This document shows, piece after piece, positions 50,860-63,547 of a DNA stretch of 64,000 bases. The translations under genes were made by a program, and so were the position numbers. The first letter of the stretch is position 1. Each line of letters starts with the position of its first letter. Source of the stretch: Dipteris shenzhenensis (Eukaryota); the NCBI GenBank assembly GCA_047967505.1, contig CM106538.1, one strand, 5' to 3'. The notes under the pieces were generated by a model that did no database searches, had not been told where the DNA came from, and saw nothing but the letters and a program-made list of their open reading frames with translations.

Positions 50860-51045
50860 CCACAGGAGTTGCCCCCTGAAAGGCTAGAAGACCATATGAT
50901 AGACATAATCCCTGGTAGCAGCACACCTAACAAACCCCCTTATAGGATAAGTGCATCCCAGCAAGAGGAAATTATGAATCAGGTCCAAGATCTATTGGAG
51001 AAGGGGCTGATACAGCCCAACTCTTCCCCCTACTACTCACCCCTT
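50860..51045 (+). pseudogene. Ty3/gypsy RT N-terminal fragment
   Basis: LPPERLEDHMIDIIPGS...PPYR...QDLLEKGLIQPNSSPYYSP. Confidence 0.85.
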
Positions 51046-53257
51046 CTTGAGTTCAATTCTGGCATTGGTCAAGTGTTAGACCGGAGATTAAATATCAAGG
51101 CTACAGTGCATGGGGAAAGGTCGGGTCTCGAACTCAGACATAGTATCAAAGCCTTGTTGTTGAAAGATTTTTGTAGTCTACATAGATGCTAAATGAAGGA
51201 GTTCCTCTCGGGTGGAGCAAGCTCAATGATACAGTCAAGTTACGTGTGTCACTGACTCAGAGGAGGGTTGACTCGAATGGCTAGCTAGAAGCCCATTGCC
51301 CAACTGGCAAGCTCGACAAGTCCAACTACCCTCCGTGGAAGAGGACAATTCGGAGTTTTAGTAGTGAGCAGTTTTCAACAGATAACTATCGGAATGGAGT
51401 TGCGACATTTTGGTATTTTTGCTCCATATGCGTGTTGTCCGTACAACTGTACGGATTTCTGCATTTTGTTGTGTCATTGGTCTGAACTTTGCAAGCAGAT
51501 CTTTTGGAGCTTCCATTTGCTATTTTTAAGTTTGTATTTTGAAGATCAGCCAGCAGGGTTGACTTTGGGATTGTTGGCTTTTGGGTCACATTTTCTCACA
51601 TTGCAATGACATTGGCTTGGTTTAGTCAAATTTTGGGAATTTTCCGCCTTTGCCCTCTTTTGGCACATTTGCCCAGCTTTTGCCAAAATTGCAGCCTTTT
51701 GCTCTCAAATTGCCTAGTAAGGGTGAAGAGAAAAATACAATTGAGGCACGGTATCAGCTGCTTCTCCCCGCTCCACGCTGCTCCCTCCCCCTCTCTACGC
51801 TTTAGCCCTCTCCTCTCCCTCTCCCTGTCCCTAAGCCCTTCCCTTCCCCTTGAAACAATGCTCTGACTCATCTCAAGGTTGTTAGCGAGACACCCTATCA
51901 TCCAGGTCCCACCTAGGAATCCTACTCTCTTGGAATCTATTCCAGGAGATCTGTAGGGTTACCTGTCATTTGGGGCCAATGAGAGCTGTGGAATGCAGAC
52001 CTTGGTTGCTGTTGTGATCTGGACTGAACCAACGGTAGGATTTTGAGCAGTTAGCAGTTTACTGCATGGCAATCACAGTTCAATAGCGTACTTTCTCTTG
52101 GAGTTTTTCAACTCTGTAGGTGTTGTGGATGGGGTAGATCTACTGCTCCCTGTTCCAGGCCTGATTTGCTACGGATCCCGATGGTGCTTACTAAGAATTG
52201 CTGCCGCTGAACAGCCTGCAAGAGAATGAAATGAATGCCAAGGGGGCTGCCTTATATAGGCTTTTAGGGCAAACTGGTCGACCATGGTCGGCATTGCCTC
52301 TGACATGCCAGGCGTGCAGTAGATTAGGAGATGCACCCTCAGGATCCACAGTCAAGTGGGGTGGTGTCATGCGAGCACCTAGCTTTCTCAAGTCAGAGCA
52401 GATTTTCAGCACGAGGTCCTGGGGCACCTAATTCAGGATATCTTAATGGTCAGGTTAGACCATGGTGACAGTCCTGCGAAATAAAATTATGCTCTCTTGG
52501 ATAAGGCTCAAGCTATACCGACACCCTAAAGAGAGCCTCTTGCCCCCTCAAGATGACATGTCAGAGGCCATAGCTGGTATTACTACCTGGCATATCCGAG
52601 TAGTCTACTTATCGGTAGATAGGAGACTCAACCCGCAGCCACCACAGGAGAGCATCTCACCCCTCAAGGTGACATTTCAGAGACCATAGCTGGTATTATT
52701 TCCTAGCACATCCGAGTACTCCTACTTATCTGTAGACAGGAGACTCAGTCATCTGCCTCTTAATACTATCTTTCCCCTTGAGCTCTAAAGGGACAGCAAG
52801 GTCCAGGAGATTCTTGCAAAGACATCCGATCGTCACGAACCGTTTCTTGAGACCTGGCCGCCATGCATTGTCAATCATATCACAAGAGAGGTATACGTTG
52901 ATTGTATAGCCCGCAATTAGCTCCCTGCTGCTGGTCCTGGGTTCTTAAAGGCAATGAGCAGAGAAATATCCCGCAAGGATTGTTCCACAGATGCCCTCAG
53001 GTAAAGCTTAATCAGAAATTCCTATTTTCACCGGGGATGGGGGATGGATGATGGAACTAAACTCCATATAGAGCCTATATCAATCTAGTATGACAGCCCA
53101 CAACATAACAAAAGCATAAACACTAGTGACAAAAACACTCTCTCATAAGGCGTGAATCTGGCAGAACATTAGTGTACTCAAGGACCATCGAGTTGACAAA
53201 AAAAATAGGTGCAGTAGACACCATGACAGATGCAGTGTAATATGATGCTGAAAGACG

Positions 53258-54876
53258 TCATACGAGAATGGCAAAACTGTTACCAACCTCTTCTAAGGCA
53301 GCCGGGGCATGTTTTGTTAGAATAGCAAGAATTTGTCTCATGATTGGGCGTTTATCTGGATCCAAATCTGTAGCAGTCAGGCCAACAAATAGTAGCCTTT
53401 CCATTTCATCAACATTAAAGCCTCCAGCCAGGCGTGGATCAGCTGCTTCCATTAGTCTTCCTTGTTTGTTCAGGTCCCTCACCTTTTCCAATAAGAAATA
53501 GAAACCAGATTCAAAGGCTAATTGAAAGCTTGGTCGCCCACATGCCACCTCTAGAGCAACAATACCGAAGCTGAAAACATCCGATTCTGCAGTAGGAAGG
53601 CAAGTCGTAGCAATTTCTGGGGCAATGTAACCGATTGTGCCAACTGCATTCATGGACCATGGAATAGCATCAGGATCACTATCGTGCCAGGCCAAAGTCT
53701 CCAAGTTTAGCCTCAAAATTGGCATCCAGCATAATATTACTGGGTTTCACATCTCTGTGCACAACTCGTTTTCCCCCTTCCTCATGAAGATACAACAGTG
53801 CTGTGCCTAAACCACAAATTATTATATTTCGAACATGCAAACCAATGATCAAATCGTTGTTTGCGAATAACCATTTATCTAGACTTCCATTTGGCATATA
53901 GTCATACACAAGCAGGAGCTCTCCTTTGTGTTTGCACCATCCTTGAAGCCGCACCAGATTTTGGTGATTCAGCTCACTTATGATACGCAATTCAGAAACG
54001 AGGTCACGCATTCACCTGCCTCCTTTCTCAGCTGCAGCGACCTTTTTTATTGCTACTTGTAACCCGCCCCTTTTCAAAATGCCCTTGTAAACCTGTCCTT
54101 GGGCTCCTTGTCCCAGTAATTCAGAGGAGTTGAAAACCCTGGTGGCAGAATAAAGCTCCTTGTACTTAAACCTCTGATGACCAATTCGAATATGTTTATT
54201 TCTCCTTCGCTTTTCCGTCGATTTTTCCGCGTCGATCTCAAACGCGCAAAAATAACTGCCAAAATGATGATAACCCCTGAACATACTCAAGGACAAGACG
54301 AATCGAGTCTCAAGGTTGTGCGTCACCCGGGCAGAAGGTGATCGTGAAATCGGCACCAGAGCAATTGAACACAGATGATGCATTGTCGTGGGAAAACGTA
54401 GAGGCAGTAGGGCAGAGATTCTTGAAGACTTGGGTGTAGTTATTAGACTTACAAGCACTGGTGCAGCAGTATTGGTCCGTTTGGAAAGCGTTGCATGGGC
54501 TGGAGCATGCGAAGGTGCTGCCATTGTGGGAGACTCGCAGCTTGCAATTGTGAAGGACGTTGGCTATGCAAGAGGGGCTTCCGCAAGTCAGAGCACTGGA
54601 GCTCTTGGAGGCGAATTTGGGAGATGGAGAGATGGCGAGAGGCAGGTTGAAGCCGCCAACGAGAGAGATATCGTAGAAGTAGAGATTGTTGGATGATCCT
54701 AGCTTGAATTCCGCGAGGGTAACGGGCAAAGAGGTGCTGTTGATTTGGCATTGCAAACCGCTGCTACCGTCACAGTTCCCATTGTCACAGACAAAGTAAT
54801 TGGTGGTGTTGAAGGTGCAACCAGTGTGTCCCCAGAAGCGTCCACTCCAATCGGAAGGGACGTGGACAGGGTTGGA
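53258..54876 (-). pseudogene. Thaumatin (PR5)-domain receptor-like kinase, disrupted
   Basis: Thaumatin domain WSGRFWGHTGC...TLAEF...FYDISLVGGFNLP...YCC...FKNLCP...ITFCP. TM segment VCSGVIIILAVIF then basic stop-transfer. Kinase RFKYKELYSAT...VAIKKV...HRDVKPSNIMLD...DFGLAR...GTIGYIAPE...SDVFSFG. Stops at 54310 and 54012, several frameshifts, signal peptide and N-terminus missing. Confidence 0.92.
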
Positions 54877-55675
54877 GCTCCAAAGGCATTAAGGACTCTT
54901 GATGGTAGTATGCCACAAGTCCGATACAAAAGGAGGCTAGCCATTCGTAGAACCCCCCTAACTCTTTTGTCCAACCAATGGTGGGTGGTCAAGGTGTAAA
55001 GATTTCTCAGGGAATCGACACAACCACGCCATCAGCATCACTTCATCCCAGCCAAAATAACTCTAAGGAGGCCACAACAATTGACCAAACTGTTCAACTG
55101 TCTTCTCTGCTCAACACCTTTGTCCAGAACAGGATTGGGGTCACGAAGAGCAAAAAACCATACCCATAGGTGGCTGTGCCGGGGCCCTCCAAAGGCCCTA
55201 TTGTCATTAGTGCTTTCTATCATCCTCAGCTTTGTTTCAAAGAGGAACGTGAGTGATGTCAGTTGCTGCTGTAGAACCAATTTGGTCAAGATTGTCCCCC
55301 GAATGTGTGCTAAGCCTTACATCAGTTTTATCGTATCTTATGGCCAGAGTATTACCAGTGTAAAAGCCAAAACTTTTGTTTTAACATGATATAACCCTCT
55401 TTTCTAGAAAAAAGAAACATTTGGGAGACATTCCATGTAGAACAAGGAATCAAAGGAAGCTAAGATCCTTGACTTGGAATGATCTTTGTGCAATAGGGAA
55501 TGTTACTCTCTGCTTCTATAGAATAAGAGGTACTTATAGCAAATCTCTCTTGTCACGTCAAAACCCTCCCATGCAATAGCTATCAAAATCACTTCCTAGT
55601 AGATCCATATTCGTCAATAAGGATGGCCCATGAGCAGCAAGGAGGTGCTAGATTCACAACTATCACAACCTAAAT

Positions 55676-56152
55676 CTATAATTGAGTGCCTGGTGGATTT
55701 ACCAAATCCTTGCATTGTGCTGTATTCCCACTAGTTACAGAATCAACACACTTTCCATGATCCTCTCCTAGTGCCGTTGAGGGATCTATAACGGCATCCT
55801 CCCATTCCCCATGACTAGGTCCTGAATTTTCAATACATTTACCCACAGCATCTGGTACCAGTCCAACAGTTCTTGACTTGACCACCTCTGCTGCACGACG
55901 GAAAGCTTCCTGCAGGAAAAATGCCAGCTCTTTACAACATAGCAAAATTCATTAAACAAGACAAGGTCGATGTTCTCATTGAGATACATGTATCCGTGAA
56001 TGTATCACAAATTAATAAAAAATCTTGGCTGAAAACCAGTATCCGATGGATACCTGAATTCCTTCCATAGGCAGCGCAGGTTCTTCAAGGCCTGCATCCT
56101 CAAGCCTAGGAGGATGTATAGAAAAATAATTCCTGCTACCATTGCTTTCCAT
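55676..56152 (-). CDS. Two-exon small conserved plant protein of unknown function (PPRLEDAGLE family), possibly C-terminally truncated
   Basis: Exon 1 at 56152-56054 (MESNGSRNYFSIHPPRLEDAGLEEPALPMEGIQ), phase-0 GT..AG intron at 56053-55910, exon 2 at 55909-55676 (EAFRRAAEVVKSR...). The motif is recalled from uncharacterised angiosperm proteins. Confidence 0.65.
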
Positions 56153-56881
56153 AACTATTGCTTTAGAAGAATGTGTGAATCATTTATCAGGTATTCCACT
56201 CTGTTGATATCACAAGGCTAAATGAATGAGCTACATATATTCTAGCAGTGGAAGACACACCATTTTTCTCAAAAAATCTCATAATGGAGCACAGCTATAG
56301 GGATGTATACAGTGGGCATCTCCCTGATATTTTTTAATCACCATTTGTAAGCGTATAACACTACTCAGATCTGAACACATCATACAGACCCAGACATCAA
56401 AATTACACATGCACAATTAACAAGATAGAAGCCCCAAATTGTCCTAGAATCAGTAGAATGGCATACCTATCTGCTCTGTCCAACCTCATACTTAACTAGC
56501 ATTTGGTAGAGAGAAGAGCACAAGGGTAAGAAAGGAAATCAAGCCACTATTAAAAGGCTGCAAAAAATATACTTGATGAAGAAACAAGATAATGTCAGAA
56601 TGATTGTCACACTACAAGATTCTAAAAGATGTTTGAAGTGCAGAATGCATGGAAACACCTCTTTTACTAAGAATCTTAACTCCTTGGTGAATAAATGAAA
56701 AATTATGCAAACAAAAATTAATTTCAGTAGCATCATGGTTTCCCAAGTATTATGTCCATGTCATGAAATGCGGCCACTAGTAACTTCATGGTCTTGATAT
56801 TTTGGAGTTCTGAATTTTATAGCTTAGCCATTTAAGTATGTTCTCCAATATGACCACAAAACCTTTCTATTCCCCTCCCCT

Positions 56882-59870
56882 TGTGACACGACCATGATCG
56901 CTCCCGGAAATCCGGACCTGCACACAAGCACAAACCACCGATCATAGAACCACAAAGAGAGGCACAGGCATGCTCACCACCCAACCGTGATGCTCACGCC
57001 TCCACGGCCTATAGAATCCGAGCATCCCCGAGCCACATGCTGGGCTGCTGGCACAAACATCTGCATCCAACCTGTCAACAACGTCCTGGTGTCCCATACC
57101 ACCGGAAGGCGCCCATAGGGCCTTAGGACTGCACTGGGAATCTAGGCTGCGCTAGAAAGCAAGTGCGCATCTGCAACCCGATCTAGGATCCAGACCAGCA
57201 AGGAAGAGCAAGACCTGCTCTGGCTTGCTTGAATGAAAACTGAACCCCTGGGCCCCTTATATAGGCTCAACCCCAGTGCTGCTAAAAATAGCTGGAATCC
57301 TAACTTGTCCGTTGCCCTTGCCACCCAACTTGAGAATCGCCTACCTATCCACTAGCCTCCCCAAGCTATCAAAGCTAGTCCTATCCGCCTAAGCACACAT
57401 CAGATACAATCCCTGCACATGACATACTCCCCTTCCTCTGAGAACTCACTCCTGGAAACACTCTTTGAAGGTTAGTCAATGTCTCCCATGTAGAGTCCTC
57501 CTCCACACGATCCTTCCACTTTATCTTGTATTCTATGATCGTCCTATTTCTAACTTGACGTTCATGAAAGCCAAGAATACTCTCAGGCTCGTGTGGTATA
57601 AAGGTTAATTGTTCAAACTACCTAATCCTCAACACCCAACACTTCTTTCAGTCTACTAACATGAGTCTACTAACATGAAAGAATAAATGAATCCTTACAT
57701 TAGGAGGTAAATCCAATTCATATGCAACTTGGTCAATTCTTCGGATAACCTTGAATGGACCACAGTATCTGGGGGATAACTTCCTAACCTGTCCAATACT
57801 GAGACCCTTGGATTCCTTGGGAATACGTAAGTATACCATCGTTCCAATAGAGAACTCTCTAGGCGAACAATGTCTATTAGCATAAAATCTATCCCTGTCT
57901 TAGGCACTTCTAATAGACTCCTTGGCAAATTGCAGCATCTCTTGCATATCTTGCAAGAATGTTTTCGCAGCATTATTCTTGATTCCCTTGGAGATTTAGG
58001 TTGAAGCCCGTACTATGTACATAAGCATAAAAGGACTGAAACCAGTACTAGAATGCTTTGCACTGTTATAAACAAATTCAACCATGGGTAAGTAGCCTTC
58101 CCATGACGACTGCCTCTTGGAAACATATGCACAAAGCATATCCTCTAGAAGTTGGTTCACAACTTCCGTCTGACCATCAAGCTGGGCATGTTCAGAGGAA
58201 CTCGCACTAAGAGTGGTATCCAAACAAGTGTCCAGAATTCACTCGTAAACTTAGAGTCCATATCACTGACTGTGTTAGGCAGTAAACCATACAGTGGTCA
58301 ATGAACTATTGAGCTAGCCGAGTCGTTGTGACCGTGGATCTCGTAGGTATAAAACTAGCCATCTTTGTCAAGCGGTCCACGATAACCCATATGGAGTCAT
58401 GGCCCTTCCGTGGTCATGGCAATCCCGTAATCCATGGAAATACTTTCCCACTTATTACCAAGAATGTCCAAGGGTTGTAAAAAACCCCGTGCTTCTAAGG
58501 CGTTCTGGTCACTTGACAAGTACGGCAACCTACCATGTAGTCCTAAACAAATTCTCTCATCTTAGGCTAGTAAAAACTACGTACTCCAGGATGTCTCCCA
58601 CTAGGTGCGTCATGACACTCCCGAAGAATCTTTGATCTAAGGTCAGACACATCTAGTAGCCAAATTTTTACATTTCGGAGCAACAAGCCATTCCAAATCA
58701 TCCACTGACCTCCCACTGCCTGAACCATAGGTGGCACAATCCGTGAGTCCTGGTCAATCATACCAATACCATCTTGGACCTTCTACCAATAATGACTAAA
58801 ATGACTATCAGTCGTGCAAAGCCCTCTTAAGGATTGAAATAGGTCAGAGGATATCTCAGTAAATGATAAAGCATTCACCATCTTAATCCGACTTAGGGCA
58901 TCAGCAACACTATTCAAAGAGCCTTTCCTATATCGAATCTCAAAATCAAAATCCTGCATCAACTCAACCCATCGAGCCTTCCTACCCCTCAAATCATCCC
59001 CTTAAGGATTGAAATAGGTCAGAGGATATCTCAGTAAATGATAAAGCATTCACCATCTTAATCCGACTTAGGGCATCAACACATATTGGATCGATTGATG
59101 ATCAGTCAATACGACAAATCCAGAACCATACAGGTAATGCCTCCAAACCTTGACAGCATGTTTGCATAGAGTTCATTTTCCATGGTAGGCCAACGATATT
59201 GAGTATCATCGACCTTTTTACTCTCAAAAGCTACAGGTCGGCCCTCTTGGAATAACACTGCCCCAATGGCATAATCACTCGCATCGGCCTCCAACACATA
59301 AAAAGACTTGTTCAACTCTTCATTCCAAGTAATAGGTTGTGTAGACCTACGACCATGACCCTTCAATGCGTTGTCAAGGGGACCGTGATTTTGGAATAAT
59401 CACGAATGGATTTTCTCAAAAAGACGATAAATCCTAGGAAAGAACAAAGTTGTTTCACTGTCTGAGGTATAGGCCAAGTCAAAACCTTTTGAATTCGGTC
59501 TTCATCAATGCTCTCACCTTTGCGATAATCTTGTGTCCTAAGTAAATGATATGTTTCATGAAGAAATCGCACGTATTAATCTTAGCATATAACTTATTCT
59601 GTCTTAATAGAATTAAGACAATCCTAAGATGACCAATATGATCCTCTAAAGCCTAAGATATCATCCAAGAACACAAAAACAAACTTGCCCAAGAACTCTC
59701 GAAACAAGTCATTCATAATCTGTTGGAAAGTCACGGGAGCATTGGTCAATCCAAAAGGTAAACTCGTAATGACCATACCTAGTCCGAAATGTTTAATGTC
59801 ACCAAATTGGTACTTCTCCCAAGATATAAAGAGGAGTCTTTATTGCATTGACGATGGTCAAGAAAGTTGA
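56882..59870 (-). mobile_element. Chromovirus-type Ty3/gypsy: partial RT, RH, INT, chromodomain, PPT and 3' LTR
   Basis: [49 protein letters not shown], chromodomain EPESILG...YKIKWKD...STWE. PPT AGAGGAAGGGGAGTA. LTR 56882-57424 (TG...CA). Confidence 0.9.
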
Positions 59871-61358
59871 CTTTGGTTAATTAGAATAATATTTGTTTTA
59901 CTTTTGCTTCACATTCTTACCTTGCTGGTCAACATATCCATCTTGATTTTGCTCACCCTCATTTGATTCCTCAACAATCTTTTCACTGATCAAGCCTTCA
60001 TTGACATTGTTATGTTGGCTTATTCCATCACCCTGCATACATGCATTTCTTCCATTAGTATGCTGAACTGTAAGAGCTCCATCTAGGGCATTATATTGTT
60101 CCTGCAAATTGCAATAACCATTCTCTTGCTGTCCACTTTTGTTCCCATCATGTGGGCTGTTGGTTGTATTTGAGCAGCTATCCCCACAGAATCTTTTAGT
60201 ATTTACAGTTGTAATTGCCTGGAGACAACCAGATTTTTTTCCGGCATATTGATGCATCTTCAATGGCTTTAAAACATGATTTGACTGCATGCTAGGGAGA
60301 GGCATAGCATGGCTGGTGCGCTGGCTGCATTACCAATATTGGCATGACTGCATTCTTCTCAGGTATTTGCTGCCCACTTTTATAGGCTTGCATAGCCTTT
60401 GGCATAACTCCCCTCAGCATCATCATAGCTCCGACTTGGTGGCTGGTCAAAGTAGGAGCATCATCCTTGCTAACAAAAGACCTCCTAGCCTCTTCCCTGG
60501 ATTCACTAAAAATGGTCTCATCGTCTGTCCTGAGATTCTTGGAATAGGTATCCTTCCCATCCCCATCATTTCGGTCCATAGGAGAAAGCATGGGCTCTTG
60601 CATTGCAGTGTGCACAACCTCTCCGATCTTCTCGCAAACTTGTTGGCGACTTTCGACGATGGGCTGCAGTCTAGACTCTACAGGCAGCGATTGTCGATGA
60701 CAAGCTGCAGGACGTCCGTCGTACGTTCCATCGCATCCTTCGTCTCCGTGGCGGTATTCTAGTTGGCGATTCAAGGCAAACCTCGTGGGCTAGGCCGCCA
60801 TCATGGTTGATTACGGACAGGATGGTTGTCTTCCAGCAGCTCATCTTGGCGTTGGTTGTCTGCTGCAAGGTACGACTAAGCGTTATGGCTGCCAATAGCT
60901 GAAAGCTTATGGAGTCATGTTGTGCGCCTATTTGGAGTTGGCGTTAACGTAGGAGTTTGAAGTGAAAGGTGAAAGGGAAGCAAAGGTGCCAGAGTCAAGG
61001 CTCTGATACCAATGTAGAGAAGGGGGAAGGGGCAGATTTGGAGATGGGGAGAGAATAGAAGAAGGAAGGGAGGAGAAGAGAGGAGAAGGGGAAAGAGAGA
61101 GGACAAGAGAGAAGGATGAGGGGGTAGAGAGATAGAGAGAGGGAGGAGAGAGAGTGTGTGAGCATAGGCAGCAGGTAACAGGAAGGAGGAGGGAGAGTAG
61201 ATAGGATTAGATGTCACATCAAAAAGGTCCCTTGTACATGAGAGGATGGTACTTATATAGTACCTCCTTGGCCCTTTAGACGCCTCTATCTTGCAAACAC
61301 CCCAAATACTAATTATCCTAACCCCCACTAACTTGACCCACTTTTGGCCTTCATTACA
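59870..61358 (-). mobile_element. 5' LTR, tRNA-iMet PBS and decayed 5' ORF of an LTR element
   Basis: LTR 61013-61358 (TG...CA). PBS TGGTATCAGAGC (plus strand GCTCTGATACCA, 61000-61011). Confidence 0.8.
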
Positions 61359-62057
61359 ATGATACTATCAAGATGACGGAGATCATTTAGGAAGCTCGAG
61401 AGATCTATGGAAGTCATGATTTAATCTGTATATTTCAGGCTTCTCTGACAGCCACCAATGAGACGTATTGTCTGCACCTCCGAACATTTTACCAGTTTAT
61501 TAGTCTCACATGAGGTGAGTATGCAGGCTATTTATGCAAGCCATGCCTAGAGAATAGGTTTCTAAGATGCAATCATCCAATGAAACATGGTGCCATTTTC
61601 AAAATTCTCTTAGCAGTCAAACTCGAACCTATTATTCCTAATTATCCCAATCCACAGACACACCATTTCAGCTGTTCCCACAAGTCTTCTCCCTCTCCCA
61701 CAACCTCTCAACACTGCAGGGAGGCTTGCAGCGGGTGAGATTTTATACGAGGGAATTCAGAAGGACAAAGATCTGGAAAAGCTCTAAAAAGAAACCGTAT
61801 GAGTGTTTGAAGTGCCGGCGATTGTAGGTAACGTGTTTAATTCATGTTAAATACTCCAAAGCGACTTGGATAGAAACCTCAATTATACCCACAAGCAACA
61901 CACAAGCTTACCAAATTGGAGTGACAAGTCACAATTGATGATTGATCGGCACCATAAGCCAGAGCCTTTCCCTGCAACAAGAGAGTATGGCATCGAGTAG
62001 CAAATTTGGGGCCATAAAGAAATACATCAAGCAATAAAAACACGTGGAAACACACAC

Positions 62058-62090
<33 letters not shown>

Positions 62091-62943
62091 AGGATGGTTC
62101 CGGATATGAGGCCATTACCATTGTCTCTTCAGGGATGGTTCCAGATCCCTCTCCAATTTTTCATCATACCCAGATCAGAGATGCCTGGTCGCTTTCAAAC
62201 CGCAGGAGACCGAGTCGAAGGAGCACTTCGTTTTCAGATGCTCAATATACTACAAGATACGAAACCGTTACCACTGTCTCTTCAGGGATGGTTCCGGATC
62301 CCCCTCCAGTTTTTAATCATACCTAGATCAGAGATGCCTAGCCACTTTCAGCCATGAGATGTCCCAACACAGAGACCATTTTGCTTAGGACAAACATATG
62401 GCATACAATCAAACTCCACTCAGATCATGATTACAGAATTTTTCCATTCAGCTAGTATGGACCAGCAACCTCAGGGATAGGTACACAATGGAGTCAGGAC
62501 CAGGAGCGTGAGCGAAGGAAGACTTGCCCGCAGATTGATACACATGGGCACCTTATATCCATTTTTACTACAGCAGAGACGGGTCCGATGGGTGTAACAG
62601 TGGCACTTGTCCGATGTAGAGCTACAACTAGAAGACCACAATGGACCACACAGGGACTATCACCAGCGTTCTATCACAAGTTTTATGCCATTGCAGACTA
62701 GCACACCATTGGGCTCCCCTCTCACCTACCATTGGGCTCCCCTCTCACCTTGACCCTACTACCACTCACCAAAGGAGTAGCACAATGAGGTCAAGGGCTT
62801 GGATAGATATATCATTCATGCATGGTTGCTTCCATGTTATGTTATTTTTTTGTTTTGGATTACAGGCCCCACCTATTCATCTCATTGTACCTGTTTTTTT
62901 AAGTCTCATAGACCCTTTTGTCTTTTAAAGACTTTTAATAAAA
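62091..62943 (+). mobile_element. 5'-truncated LINE 3' end embedded in (TC)n
   Basis: Frame not in the ORF track reads ESKEHFVFRCSIYYKIRNRYHCLFRDG and SYPDQRCL (H-x4-C half of a LINE ORF2 C-terminal zinc finger, locally duplicated). Ends AATAAAA plus (TC)n and is preceded by (TC)n. Confidence 0.6.
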
Positions 62944-63093
62944 TCTCTCTCTCTCTGAGTGTCAGAGAAAATCAAGCTGAGTTGCCCTGTGCACTCCTTG
63001 ACTCTCTCTGACACACGCAGATGTAATGGCTACTCTTTCTTGGATGTGTACTTTGTCTCATAAGCTCGTGAGGCCTTCTAAAGACGTTAATAC

Positions 63094-63138
<45 letters not shown>

Positions 63139-63141
<3 letters not shown>

Positions 63142-63503
63142 GTGCTCGTCAAGAGTCGGGTAGCTGCCAAGAGGACACAACAGACTACTCGCCCAGATAG
63201 TAGACAACGATCTATCATTGGTTTCTTGCCTACACTGCCTAGTTCACCATCGGGTGTACCCTGACATTCCCTTATGCACTGTCTTGTATTGTATGGGATC
63301 AAACTGCATCTCCCATGGGGATGAGGTTGCCAATGATGGATGTATATGATTATGATGACATGTATGATGATACCATTGACTATGTCTTTAGAGTTTTTCT
63401 CTAGCATGGGTTAGGATGCTCATTTAGTTACTCCACCCTTTTGCTCATTGTATCAGGTTTTCTTTCAGTCTCATAGACCCATTGGTCTTTAGCACACTTT
63501 AAT

Positions 63504-63506
<3 letters not shown>
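63139..63506 (+). mobile_element. Second related LINE 3' end between (TC)n tracts
   Basis: Homologous to 62600-62943 (VVLVKSR...QRSIIGF versus VALVRCR...QRSITSF; shared CTCATTGTA...GTCTCATAGACCC...TAATAAA tail). Flanked by TC repeats on both sides. Confidence 0.6.

Positions 63507-63547
<41 letters not shown>

Noticed and set aside
51050-53050. Repeat-like block with an internal direct repeat (about 52562 and 52680)
   Set aside because: Probably TE-derived, but no termini or protein motifs could be assigned.
53679-54312. Stop read-through or RNA editing rescuing the kinase
   Set aside because: Several frameshifts accompany the stops, and U-to-C editing is organellar.
28553-54876. Peptide genes and thaumatin kinase as a linked ligand-receptor pair
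   Set aside because: About 20 kb of TEs separate them, the kinase is a pseudogene, and CLE-type peptides are perceived by LRR receptors. Only proximity supports the idea.
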